The notes: generated by a model from the sequence alone, not told the origin. A stretch of DNA of 64,000 bases from Pseudomonadota bacterium (GCA_043825735.1 JBDRRP010000159.1:1-64000), one strand, 5' to 3'. Counted from the stretch's first letter, positions 37,793-47,323 are shown. Numbers and translations: made by a program.

Positions 37793-39619
37793 ATGGCGGT
37801 GCCAGCGCAGAATAAAACGCGATTTCACCGGCTGAAAGAGGCCAACGTCTCCGCCAACCTGACCCATGCGGGCAAGTGGGCGGTGTATTTTGTGCTCATC
37901 GGCCTCATTGCCGGACTGGGCTCCATCGTCTTTCACTACCTTTGCCTGGTGGGCAGCCACTATTTCATGGACATGCTGGCCGGCTACCGTCCGCCGGCCC
38001 CGGCCGGCGAACACCACATTTTTCCGCCCACCACTGTTCCGCTAAGCCGCTGGGTGCTGCTGATTTTGCCCGCTGTGGGTGGTATTTTCAGCGGCTGGCT
38101 GGTGTACACGTTCGCCCCCGAAGCCGAGGGCCACGGCACGGACGCGGCCATCGACGCTTTTCACAACAAGGGGGGCTTTATCCGGGGCCGGGTGCCCATC
38201 ATCAAAACCCTGGCCTCGGCGATCACCCTCACCACCGGCGGCAGCGGCGGTCGGGAAGGCCCCATCGCTCAGATCGGGGCCGGATTCGGATCGTTTCTCG
38301 CCACCCGGCTGAAGCTCTCGGACCGGGATCGGCGCATCATGATGGCGGCCGGCATCGGTGCCGGTGTCGGCAGCATTTTCCGGGCCCCTCTGGCCGGTGC
38401 GCTCTTTGCCGCGGAGGTGCTTTACCGGGATCCCGAATTCGAGTCGGAGGTCATTATCCCCGCCGGCATTTCATCGGTGGTGGCCTACTGCGTGTTCTGT
38501 CTGGTGTTCGGTTGGGGGAGCCTTTTCGAATCCCCCGATTTTGTCTTCAGAAACCCCCTCGAGCTGGGCCCCTTCCTCGTGCTGGCCCTGGTGCTGGTGG
38601 CCACGGGCGTGCTCTACATCAAATCCTTTTACGGGGTGGCGGCGCTGTTTCACCGCTGGAACATTCCCAACCACATCAAACCGGCCATCGGCGGATTGTG
38701 TACTGGCATTATCGGGTTCTTCCTGCCCCAGTGTCTTGCTTTCGGCTACGGCTACGCCCAGCAGGCCATTAACGACCAGTTGCCCATTATGTTTCTTCTG
38801 GCGCTGGCCATCGGTAAAATTTTCACCACGTCCTTTTCAATCGGCTCCGGCGGCAGCGGCGGCGTGTTCGGCCCGTCAATCGTCATTGGCGGCGCCATGG
38901 GCGGGGTCGTGGGCCGGTTGTTTCACGAGTGGATACCCTCGGTGGTGACCGAGCCCGGGGCCTTCGTGGTCGTGGGGATGGCCGGCTTTTTCACGGCCGT
39001 TTCCAATTGTCCCATTTCCACCATCATCTTCATCAGCGAGATGACCAATTCCTACCACCTGCTGTTGCCGAGCCTGGCGGTCTGCTCGGTATCCTTTCTG
39101 GCGGCCCGACGCTGGACCATTTTTCACAACCAGGTTAAGAGCCGCATCAACTCGCCCGCCCACTCCGGGGAGTTCTTCGTGGACATCCTGCAGGCGATCC
39201 GCGTAAAAGATCTCATGGCAAAGGTCAAGAAGGTGGAGCTGATTCCGGAGGGGATGGCGTTTCTGGCGTTTAAAAAATATTTCGCCGAGACCAAACAGCA
39301 TTACTTCCCGGTGATGGACGACACCGGGCGGCTGTCCGGGATATTTTCCAGCACCGACATCCGCGGCGTGCTGTTTGCCCCCGAGATCGAAGATCTCGTA
39401 GTGGTCAAGGATATCGCCACGACGGACATCATCGTGACCACGCCCAATCAGGACTTAAACGCCGTGATGCAGAAATTTACCACTCGAAACATCGACAGCC
39501 TGCCCGTGGTGAGCGAAGAAGACGCCGGCGTGCTCATCGGTATGCTGAGCCGCCGCGACGTGATCGCCTATTACAACCAGCGCATCCAGGAATTGAAACA
39601 GGCGGCCGCGGGGGGATGA
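37793..39619 (+). CDS. ClC-family chloride channel/antiporter with a CBS pair
   Basis: GHGTD, GREGP, GGVFGP and C-terminal CBS domains. Confidence 0.93.
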   Translation: MAVPAQNKTRFHRLKEANVSANLTHAGKWAVYFVLIGLIAGLGSIVFHYLCLVGSHYFMDMLAGYRPPAPAGEHHIFPPTTVPLSRWVLLILPAVGGIFSGWLVYTFAPEAEGHGTDAAIDAFHNKGGFIRGRVPIIKTLASAITLTTGGSGGREGPIAQIGAGFGSFLATRLKLSDRDRRIMMAAGIGAGVGSIFRAPLAGALFAAEVLYRDPEFESEVIIPAGISSVVAYCVFCLVFGWGSLFESPDFVFRNPLELGPFLVLALVLVATGVLYIKSFYGVAALFHRWNIPNHIKPAIGGLCTGIIGFFLPQCLAFGYGYAQQAINDQLPIMFLLALAIGKIFTTSFSIGSGGSGGVFGPSIVIGGAMGGVVGRLFHEWIPSVVTEPGAFVVVGMAGFFTAVSNCPISTIIFISEMTNSYHLLLPSLAVCSVSFLAARRWTIFHNQVKSRINSPAHSGEFFVDILQAIRVKDLMAKVKKVELIPEGMAFLAFKKYFAETKQHYFPVMDDTGRLSGIFSSTDIRGVLFAPEIEDLVVVKDIATTDIIVTTPNQDLNAVMQKFTTRNIDSLPVVSEEDAGVLIGMLSRRDVIAYYNQRIQELKQAAAGG

Positions 39620-39677
39620 TGTTCTGGCTGTTACCACAACGGTAATGACCCCGCTGGTATAGACAACCCTTTTTTTA

Positions 39678-40553
39678 CTAGCGCCTATCGTCCGCTTCGG
39701 GACACGTGATCCCATAGAGCGTCCCGAAATCTTCATCGGTTTTTCTGTCGTCTGCCATCTGTCCTCTGTCATCTGAATTGATTTTTTGCGATCGTTCGCT
39801 TCCGTAATCCACTTTGACCAGAAACAGCCCGTGGGGCGGGGCCGTGGGCGGCGCCTGGCGGCGGTCTTCGCCGGCCAGAAGCGCTTCGATGGCCTCCGGC
39901 GCGAGCTTTCCCTGTCCGACGGCTGTGAGCGCGCCCACCAGATTGCGCACCATGAAGCGTAAAAAACCGTTGCCCGAGATGGTGAAAACGATCTCATGAT
40001 CAGGCGCGGCAGTCCACTCGGCCGAAAAAATGGTGCGCCGGGTGTCGCTGCGCGGGCTGCCCGCCCCCTCGAAGGCCTTGAAATCATGGGTGCCCAGAAT
40101 ATGCCGGGCGCCGGCGTTCATGGCATCCACCGACAGCGGGCTGCGAATGTGCCACGAATACTGGCAGCCGACAGCGCATGGGTCAGGGTGGTTTCGGATG
40201 CGGTAGCGATAGGTTTTTCCTGCGGCGTCGAAGCGTGCGTGAAAGGCGGGCGGCACCTGGCGGCACGCGTGAATGACGATATCGGGCGGAAGGAGGCTGT
40301 TGAGCCCTTTTTTGAAGGCTTCCGGTCCGATGCGGGTGATGCATGAAAAATGCGCGCTCTGGGCCAGGGCATGGACGCCGGCGTCAGTACGCCCGGAGCC
40401 CATGAGGGTGACCGGAGAGCCTACCATGGTGGCCAGGGCGGTTTCGATCTGCGCCTGGATCGTCCGGTCCTCGGCTTGGCGCTGCCATCCATGGTAGGCG
40501 GTGCCGTCATATTCGATGATGATCTGAAATTTTTTTTCGTTAATATCGCTCAT
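39678..40553 (-). CDS. truA: tRNA pseudouridine(38-40) synthase
   Basis: YDGTAYHGWQ, SGRTDAGVHA, FHARF, GFLRFMVR and APPHGL; C-terminal extension. Confidence 0.96.
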   Translation of the reverse strand: MSDINEKKFQIIIEYDGTAYHGWQRQAEDRTIQAQIETALATMVGSPVTLMGSGRTDAGVHALAQSAHFSCITRIGPEAFKKGLNSLLPPDIVIHACRQVPPAFHARFDAAGKTYRYRIRNHPDPCAVGCQYSWHIRSPLSVDAMNAGARHILGTHDFKAFEGAGSPRSDTRRTIFSAEWTAAPDHEIVFTISGNGFLRFMVRNLVGALTAVGQGKLAPEAIEALLAGEDRRQAPPTAPPHGLFLVKVDYGSERSQKINSDDRGQMADDRKTDEDFGTLYGITCPEADDRR

Positions 40554-40555
40554 TG

Positions 40556-41473
40556 CTAAAAAAACACCACCAGCACGACCGACAGGGAAAAAAACGACAG
40601 AACAGTAGAGGTGACGATGGTGGCCGAGGCCAGTTGCGTGTCACTGTTGAGCTGCCCTGAGAGCACGTAAATGGACGTCGAGGCAGGCAAGGCCAGAAAC
40701 AGCATCCCGGTCTGGATCAATTCGGCGGATACGCCGGCCACGCGCATGCAAACGTAGCCGATGAACGGAAACAACGCCAGCTTTATTGCCGCACCGATAC
40801 ACGATACCTGCAGGTGTCCCCTGGCTGTTTCAAATCGCAGCGCCCCGCCGATGGATAGCAATGCCATGGGCAGCGCCACCATGGCGCCAAGCCGGAAGGT
40901 GTTTTCGATGAATCGGGGGAATCCATCAAGGAACCGGGCGGTGATAATGCCGGCCAGGCAGGCCAGGATCAGGGGATTGGCCGCCACGGCCCGCAGCGTC
41001 ATGCGGATCCTTTCGGGCACGGCATACTGGGTGCCTGAATACCAGATCAGCGTGGATACGGCCATGACATTGATCAGTGGAATAGCGAATCCTACCAGAA
41101 TGCCGAAGTCCCGCACCCCGGCCTCGCCCATGGCATTGAGGATGATGGCCATGCCGATGTAGGTGTTGAACCGGTAGCAGCTCTGTGAAAAGGTGCCGGC
41201 CTGGAAGGCCGTAATTCGTAACAGTGGAATGGCTGCGGCGCTGATAAGGAAGATAAGGCATAGGGCGCCAATGATGGCGGCGATAAACGCCCAAGGAATT
41301 CCCTCTGAGGTCTTGGCGCCGCCGATTTTCCAAAAGAGCATGAGGGGGAAGAAAATGTAGTAGATAAGACGATCGGAAGTCTTAAGGAAGGCGTCGGTCG
41401 TCAGTGACAGCCGCTTTAGCACTGCCCCCAGAACGATGAGAGCGAATACCGGAAAGAGGCTGTCCAGCACCAT
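40556..41473 (-). CDS. AEC (auxin efflux carrier) family transporter
   Basis: ~10 TM segments; RFNTYIG, NPLILAC and PMALLSIG. Confidence 0.88.
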   Translation of the reverse strand: MVLDSLFPVFALIVLGAVLKRLSLTTDAFLKTSDRLIYYIFFPLMLFWKIGGAKTSEGIPWAFIAAIIGALCLIFLISAAAIPLLRITAFQAGTFSQSCYRFNTYIGMAIILNAMGEAGVRDFGILVGFAIPLINVMAVSTLIWYSGTQYAVPERIRMTLRAVAANPLILACLAGIITARFLDGFPRFIENTFRLGAMVALPMALLSIGGALRFETARGHLQVSCIGAAIKLALFPFIGYVCMRVAGVSAELIQTGMLFLALPASTSIYVLSGQLNSDTQLASATIVTSTVLSFFSLSVVLVVFF

Positions 41474-41478
41474 GGGGT

Positions 41479-41679
41479 TTATAACCGATCGCATCGGACG
41501 CTGGCGAATACCACATCGAAGATGTCTTCCATCTCATCTGAGAAGGCTTCCAGAGAGTAGTCGTCGCTGCAGGCCCGGCAGCGGAGCATGACCCGGGTTC
41601 AGGTCTGGCGGACACGAAGCGGTCCACCGCAAGATGGGCACGATGGCAGGGCAGCGAGTAGCGTGGCGGCGCGGTTCAT
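41479..41679 (-). CDS. Small dual-CxxC selenoprotein (66 aa, Sec27)
   Basis: Reading through TGA 41601-41599 gives MNRAATLLAALPSCPSCGGPLRVRQT-U-TRVMLRCRACSDDYSLEAFSDEMEDIFDVVFASVRCDRL*; SECIS-like hairpin cgctgc-cgggcct-gcagcg starts 15 nt after the UGA. Confidence 0.82.
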
Positions 41680-41829
41680 GGCAGTCATCCGGAACAGTTG
41701 ATGGTTGTCGGTGCTTACGGCGAGGCAAATTTGACAACAATCGGGGCCTGTGTCAATTGAAATCCGGATTTTGGTTATGGTCAAGAGCCAAGTAGCAGGG
41801 TCGGTATTTTATAACCCGTGATGTTTTTG

Positions 41830-42020
41830 ATCACCACGGAGTCACGGAGGAGACGGAGATTTTATAATTAAAACCAACTGCTTTTTGAGTTTCTCCGTGT
41901 TCTCTGTGACTCTGTGGTGATATTATTTTTTCGATTGCACTGGCTTCCGGCAGTAGCTTGAGCGTCCTGGATATGCGTATTTTGGTTTTCCTTCGTGCAG
42001 TTCGTGGTCTTCGTGGTTCA
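41830..42020. repeat. Nonamer-repeat hairpin plus an extra arm
   Basis: tcaccacggagtcacggaggagacggag ... ctccgtgttctctgtgactctgtggtga; (TTCGTG)x3 at ~41991-42018. Confidence 0.88.
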
Positions 42021-42052
42021 TATTTTCATTAGTGAGTAAAGTCAAATTGAGC

Positions 42053-42754
42053 ATGCGGCTTCAAAAATTTCTCTCCCATGCAGGGCAGTGCTCCAGGCGC
42101 CAGGGGGAGCAGTGGATCCTCGAGGGGCGGGTGGCCGTCAACGGCGTCGTGGTCCGCGAACTGGGCAGCCGCGTCGATCCGGCCGCCGATCGGGTGGTGC
42201 TTGACGGTCGACCCGTGGGCATCGCCGACACGCGCATTTACATCGCCCTGAACAAGCCTCCCGGATACGTCACCTCCTGCAGCCAGCCGGGCGAGAAACT
42301 CGTTACCGATCTGGTGGGGCTGCGCACCCGGCTTTTTCCGGTGGGAAGGCTGGACAAGGCCTCCACCGGGTTGCTGCTGCTCACCGATGACGGACGCATC
42401 CATCACGGGCTCTCCCATCCATCCTTCGACCACGAAAAGGAGTACGATGTCTGCGTGGCCGCCCCCATCTCCGATGAGGCCCTGGCGCAAATGGCATCGG
42501 GGCTGACCATCCAGGGGCGCCGGACCCGTCCGGCCACGGTCCGACGCGTTTCCGACCGGCGGTTCCGAATTGTCCTGCTGGAGGGCCGAAACCGTCAGAT
42601 CCGGCGCATGGTGGGGACTGTGGGCCACCGGGTGAAGACCCTGCACCGGGTGAGGGTGGCCCACATCGGGCTTGGCGCCCTGCCTCAGGGGCAGTGGCGG
42701 CACCTGTCCGAGCAGGAGGTGGACCGGCTTTTGAAAATGATCTCGGAAAAATGA
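42053..42754 (+). CDS. rRNA pseudouridine synthase (RluB/RsuA family)
   Basis: S4 domain RLQKFL..CSRR, LNKPPG, PVGRLDK, KEYDV and EGRNRQIRRM. Confidence 0.95.
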   Translation: MRLQKFLSHAGQCSRRQGEQWILEGRVAVNGVVVRELGSRVDPAADRVVLDGRPVGIADTRIYIALNKPPGYVTSCSQPGEKLVTDLVGLRTRLFPVGRLDKASTGLLLLTDDGRIHHGLSHPSFDHEKEYDVCVAAPISDEALAQMASGLTIQGRRTRPATVRRVSDRRFRIVLLEGRNRQIRRMVGTVGHRVKTLHRVRVAHIGLGALPQGQWRHLSEQEVDRLLKMISEK

Positions 42755-42788
42755 AACCCCGGAGCCGTGGCTCCAGGGTTTCATTTTT
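42747..42788. terminator. Long hairpin terminator, possibly bidirectional
   Basis: aaaaatgaaacccc-ggagccgtggctcc-agggtttcattttt. Confidence 0.8.
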
Positions 42789-42882
42789 AGAGGTTGGGCC
42801 CTTCCCGGCGACCGCAACCTGAAAGGGCTTACCCTGATTATCGGCTGTCATGAAGAATTTCTTGAGAAAATTAAAAAAGTGC

Positions 42883-42933
42883 TTGACAGGGGAGCGTGCG
42901 TTGGATATTTTACATTTCAAGAATTATCGAAAT
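42883..42933 (+). promoter_or_regulatory. Sigma-70 promoter plus ArsR-type operator
   Basis: TTGACA-N17-TATTTT followed by the imperfect palindrome atttcaagaattatcgaaat. Confidence 0.7.
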
Positions 42934-42944
42934 GAGAAAGCGTG

Positions 42945-43244
42945 ATGCAAATGGATACGGCACGGCTCAGTAAAATACTCAAGGCGCTCTCACACCAGAA
43001 GCGGCTGGAGCTCTATCTGGAGATCGCCCGCAACGACGAGAGCAATTTCGAGGCCGGCTGCGACGAATGCTGCTTTGTTCATAAGATTATGGAAAAACAT
43101 AATATCGGGGCGCCTACCGTTTCCCATCACCTCAAGGAACTCAGCAACGCCGATCTCATTCAGACCGAGCGCCGCGGGAAATTCGTTGTGGCCTGGGCGA
43201 ACCGGGAAACCCTGGACGAAGTGAAAGCCTTGCTGGAGATCTAG
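42945..43244 (+). CDS. ArsR/SmtB family regulator
   Basis: KALSHQKRL, CDECC and PTVSHHLKELSNADLI..ERRGK. Confidence 0.92.
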   Translation: MQMDTARLSKILKALSHQKRLELYLEIARNDESNFEAGCDECCFVHKIMEKHNIGAPTVSHHLKELSNADLIQTERRGKFVVAWANRETLDEVKALLEI

Positions 43245-43407
43245 GATTTTTTTTGAGAATTCGATTCGATACTTATGAAATTATTATATAAAGAAACTGG
43301 AGGAATGCCTATGAAGAATGCCGGAAGGTAAAAAATTTTGGCCGAAGACTTTAAAAGTTATCGAATTACAAAATTAAAAAATAATAAATTTAAGAAAGGA
43401 ATCTACC

Positions 43408-43800
43408 ATGAAGGCATTTCCCCGTACCATTACCGTGACACTGATCGCCCTGGCCGTGGCCGGCCTGTTTGCCGTTAACACCGCTGCCGCCCAGGAACCC
43501 GTTGCCGGGTTGCTGATTTCTTCCGGAGACATGGCTTTTCTGCAAGCCGACCATTACGGTGTGCGCACGCCGGTGCCCGACGCCGAGGTCGTCGGCCTTT
43601 TTAACGCCGTCGAGGCGCGCTATCTGGCCACCCCCTATTCCCCTGACGAAACCTCTGCGCTGGCGGCTGCTGGTGACGAGGTCCCGGGACTGATGATTAC
43701 CGGCGCCGATCTGAGGTTCATCGTGAGCCCCGGCGCGGTTGAGAATGGTATGCCGGAAACCTGGGCCGGAGGCTCGGATCGTTTCGGTATCGGCCAGTAA
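43408..43800 (+). CDS. Secreted hypothetical protein with an internal repeat
   Basis: Signal peptide (..TAAA-QEP); VAGLLISSGDMAF / VPGLMITGADLRF duplicated motif; AAGGA RBS. Confidence 0.75.
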   Translation: MKAFPRTITVTLIALAVAGLFAVNTAAAQEPVAGLLISSGDMAFLQADHYGVRTPVPDAEVVGLFNAVEARYLATPYSPDETSALAAAGDEVPGLMITGADLRFIVSPGAVENGMPETWAGGSDRFGIGQ

Positions 43801-43854
43801 ATCCTTTACGCCGGCAGCCGCTGCCGGTTCAGCAACCCTCCACCTCCCTCCTGG

Positions 43855-43882
43855 CGGGCCGGGGCAACCCGGCCCGTTTTTT
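43855..43882 (+). terminator. Intrinsic terminator
   Basis: cgggccggg-gcaa-cccggcccg followed by T6. Confidence 0.9.
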
Positions 43883-44135
43883 ATCCCCACCACCCCACAC
43901 CAAAAACGTGCTCACGTACAAGAAAAATGAAGCTTTCGACGCGTCTGCGTCGCAATGTTGGCTCCGGCAAGATAAACAAATCCGCACACCGGCGTTGCCG
44001 CTTGTGTCCGGTATACGGTGTGGTTTATAAGGGGAACTGGAAAAGCCGCGGCCAGGCCACACAGCCAACGGCCGTGCTTGAGCCGCAACATCGTCCACCA
44101 TGCCACGCATCAGCGGCAGAAAGCGACATCGATCC

Positions 44136-45446
44136 ATGCCTGAGCATAAAGATTATGTCACATCCGGCATCGCGGCCCTCGATGAAATCCTGGGTGGGCT
44201 TTTCATCGGTGACAACGTGGTTTGGTACGATGACGCCGGGAGCCTGTCGGCCATGTTCTGGCAAAATTTCCTGCGCTCGTCCCAGGCCGCGGCAAAATCC
44301 ATCATCTACGTGAGCTTCGACAGATCACCCAAGAACCTGATGGAAAAACTCGGGTCTCTGTCCGAAAGTGCGTACCTGACCATTCTGGACTGCTTTACCT
44401 ATGGGAAGGGGGACGGGTCGGCAGTGTTCAGCCGGTTCTATGAAAACAAGGCCGATGAGCGGCTTTCCCATATCGTCAAGGTGACCGAGCCCGCCAATCC
44501 CGATCACGTGATGGACGCCATATACGGTCTTCACCAGACCATGACCGATGATGTGCGGCTGGTGTTCGAAAGTCTTACCGGCATGCAGGAACTTTGGGGC
44601 GGTGAGGATCAGTTGCTGCGGTTTTATTCCCGTTCATGCCCCAAGCTTTATGAACTTGACACGATCGCCTATTGGGTCATGGAAAAAAAGGCCCATTCCG
44701 ACAGGCTCAAGGCCAATATCAACCAGATCGCCCAGGTGGCCATCGACCTGTCGCTTCGGCGAGGCCGCTCGCTGCTGACCGTGCTGAAGGCCGAAAACCG
44801 CCTGACCAGCGTTCTGCACAAGCCCCATCTTTTCTGGAGCGACGATCTTCAGGTGCATTTCGAGACCGAAAAGAAAGCCTCCGGGAAGATCGATGTGGGA
44901 AGCCGTCTTAAAGAGATCCGCACCGGCCAGGGGATCTCTCAGAAGGATCTGGCCAAGTGGGTGGGCGTGACCCCGAGCACGATTTCCCAGATCGAAAGCA
45001 ACACGATCTACCCCTCGCTGCCGGCATTGTTCAAGATTGCAGAAACCCTCTCGGTGGACGCTGGAAGCCTCTTTTCCGGGCGTCCCGCTGAAGCCAAACG
45101 TCGCGTGTTTCACGCCGATGGCGGCACCGACGCGGTGTTCCACGGTCTGCCCAAGCAGTCCATCAGTGGCCGTCTGCTCACGGCGCCCGATTCTGATTTG
45201 CATCTGGCCGCCTACCTCATCGATATCGAACCGGGCGCCGTGCTTCCCAGCCATTTCTTCAACCACAAGGGGGAAGAGATCGGATTTGTCATCGGCGGGA
45301 AGATTCAGTTTACCATCAAAAACCAGACGACCGTCATTGCCGCCGGCGATATGGTGCACCTCACCGACGATGTTCCTTCCCAGTGGAAAAACATGCAAAA
45401 GTCCTCCGCAAAGTTATTCTGGATCAACATCGCCCGCGCCAAATAG
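44136..45446 (+). CDS. Regulator: degenerate KaiC/RecA-like domain plus XRE HTH plus cupin
   Basis: TSGIAALDEILGGL (KaiC/RAD55-like start with no Walker-A Lys), RLKEIR..ISQKDLAK..STISQIE and HKGEEIG cupin. Confidence 0.85.
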   Translation: MPEHKDYVTSGIAALDEILGGLFIGDNVVWYDDAGSLSAMFWQNFLRSSQAAAKSIIYVSFDRSPKNLMEKLGSLSESAYLTILDCFTYGKGDGSAVFSRFYENKADERLSHIVKVTEPANPDHVMDAIYGLHQTMTDDVRLVFESLTGMQELWGGEDQLLRFYSRSCPKLYELDTIAYWVMEKKAHSDRLKANINQIAQVAIDLSLRRGRSLLTVLKAENRLTSVLHKPHLFWSDDLQVHFETEKKASGKIDVGSRLKEIRTGQGISQKDLAKWVGVTPSTISQIESNTIYPSLPALFKIAETLSVDAGSLFSGRPAEAKRRVFHADGGTDAVFHGLPKQSISGRLLTAPDSDLHLAAYLIDIEPGAVLPSHFFNHKGEEIGFVIGGKIQFTIKNQTTVIAAGDMVHLTDDVPSQWKNMQKSSAKLFWINIARAK

Positions 45447-45486
45447 CGCCGAAGATCTGCACTCGTCGAAGGCCTTGAACTGAAAC

Positions 45487-45522
45487 AAAAACCGCCATCC
45501 GGCACGCTGGCCGGATGGCGGT
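45487..45522 (-). terminator. Terminator between convergent genes
   Basis: 13-bp stem accgccatccggc/gccggatggcggt with an A-tract on the left. Confidence 0.82.
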
Positions 45523-45546
45523 CGGGTAAAATGCAGCGTTATGGGC

Positions 45547-47193
45547 CTAACTGTTCAGGATCGCCTTGGCGCTGTCGTCATTGGAATCGGCCATGTGTGC
45601 AATGCCGGTTTCCCTCGCCGTCTCATAGTTGCCGGCGAAGATATCGTCCCGGGTGAGCTGGTTGACGGCGAACTTTCGCGCGCCGGCCAGAAGCTGCTGG
45701 AGGCCGCAGGAGAGTTTGTCCATCAGGGTGCAAAAGGCGATGGCGCCGTAGGGAATGTTTTTCATCTCGTCTTTGCCGACCTTCTTTTCCACATCAAAGT
45801 ACCCGGCGAAGATTTCCTGGGCGCTGCCGCCGCTGACCGATTTTGGCAGATCGTTCCAGTTGCCGCTGACGGCCGAGCGGCGCTCGGGGTGCAGGGCCCC
45901 TTCGATGTTGGCGCCCAAAAAGCCCGGGATCATGACGGCACGTCCCATACAGATCATTTTTGTGAACGGGGCGCCAAGGGCGATTCCCTTGTAGATGCTG
46001 TCTTCCAGAGCGAATCCGCCGGCAAAGGACATGTCAACGACTTTTTGGCCCTTGGCCGCCAGGATGGACGCATACTCATAGGCTTTGGAGTGCAGGGTGA
46101 TGGAGGGAACCCCCCAGCTTTGCATCATGTTCCAGGGGCTCATGCCTGTGCCGCCGCCCGAACCGTCCATGGTGAGCAGGTCGAGCTTGGCATCGGATGC
46201 GAACTTGATGGCCATGGCCAGCTCTTCCATACCGTAGGATCCGGTCTTCAGGGAGATGCGCTTGAACCCGAGGCTGCGCAGGTATTCCACGCTGCTCATA
46301 AAATCTTCGCGGACTTTTTCGACGCTGGCAAGGTTCGTGCCGCCCAGCCGGCTGTGGCGGGCAAATGACTTGATGGCGCCCGCTTCAAAGGCTCTCTGCA
46401 CTTCAGGGACCGTCGGATCCGGGTCGACCACGTAGCCGCGGTTTTTCAGAAACTGGGCATAGTCGATGCTGGTGACCTGAATCTCGCCGCCGATGTCTTT
46501 GGCGCCCTGGCCCCATTTGAGTTCGATGATCACCTTGTTGCCGTATTTTTCGGCCACAAATTCAGCCACACCGTTGCGGGTGTCTTCGACGTTGAGCTGG
46601 ACGATGATGGCGCCGTAGCCGTCGTAGTAGCGCAGATAGCCGTCGATGCGGCGCTGCAGTTCGGGGGCGCTTTTGATTTTCCCCTTGCGCTCGGTGCCGG
46701 CGCTGATCTGTGAATTGCGGTCCACGCCCACCACGTTTTCGCCGATGACGACCGGGATGCCTGCCAGCGCGCCACCAACGGCGAATCCGTCCCAGTATTT
46801 CTCAGCCACGAAAGTGGATCCCAGAGCGCCGGTCATCAAGGGGATGCGCACCTTTGTCTTGATCTCGTTGCCGAATTCCGATTCCAGGCTCACATTGGGA
46901 AAGATGCAGTCGTCTGGATCGTTGGAAAGCCCGGCCGGGATGCCGTGGGCGCCATAGGCGTAACCCTGGATTCTCAGGGAGTTGTAGGAAACCCCCACGT
47001 GGGTGGTATTGTCGGCGCCGGCCGTGATGATGCCGAAGCTGCGCGGATAGAGCAGTTTGCGCCCCACCATGCTGGAAAGCCAGGTTTCACACTTGCCCTG
47101 GCAGTCGGCACGGCACAGGGTGCACAGGCCTGCTTCTGTCGGATTGCCGCGATTGGTGGTGCCCAGCGCGTCGTTAGATTTTGAAAACCGCAT
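45547..47193 (-). CDS. FMN-binding glutamate synthase family protein (stand-alone subunit)
   Basis: CTLCRADCQGKCE, GENV, IELKWGQGAKDIGGE, LKTG, DGSGGGTGMSP and KGIALGAP..MGRA; ATG 47193. Confidence 0.9.
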   Translation of the reverse strand: MRFSKSNDALGTTNRGNPTEAGLCTLCRADCQGKCETWLSSMVGRKLLYPRSFGIITAGADNTTHVGVSYNSLRIQGYAYGAHGIPAGLSNDPDDCIFPNVSLESEFGNEIKTKVRIPLMTGALGSTFVAEKYWDGFAVGGALAGIPVVIGENVVGVDRNSQISAGTERKGKIKSAPELQRRIDGYLRYYDGYGAIIVQLNVEDTRNGVAEFVAEKYGNKVIIELKWGQGAKDIGGEIQVTSIDYAQFLKNRGYVVDPDPTVPEVQRAFEAGAIKSFARHSRLGGTNLASVEKVREDFMSSVEYLRSLGFKRISLKTGSYGMEELAMAIKFASDAKLDLLTMDGSGGGTGMSPWNMMQSWGVPSITLHSKAYEYASILAAKGQKVVDMSFAGGFALEDSIYKGIALGAPFTKMICMGRAVMIPGFLGANIEGALHPERRSAVSGNWNDLPKSVSGGSAQEIFAGYFDVEKKVGKDEMKNIPYGAIAFCTLMDKLSCGLQQLLAGARKFAVNQLTRDDIFAGNYETARETGIAHMADSNDDSAKAILNS

Positions 47194-47244
47194 ATTGCCC
47201 CCTTTTGAAATGGAATTAAGTGTTACTGGCCAGCGGGCGGGCAT

Positions 47245-47323
47245 AAAAAAACGCCTGCCCTCATGAGCAGACGTCATTGTCTCTCTAACGGATGGGATCG
47301 CCGGATACGCCATTGTACGCCGG
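47245..47323 (-). promoter_or_regulatory. ANTAR-binding dual hairpin overlapping an intrinsic terminator (antitermination leader)
   Basis: Minus strand: P1 UAC-AAUGGC-GUA, P2 AGAC-AAUGAC-GUCU (both hexaloops A1/G4), then GACGUCUGCUC-AUGA-GGGCAGGCGUU-U5 sharing its 5' arm with P2. Confidence 0.9.
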
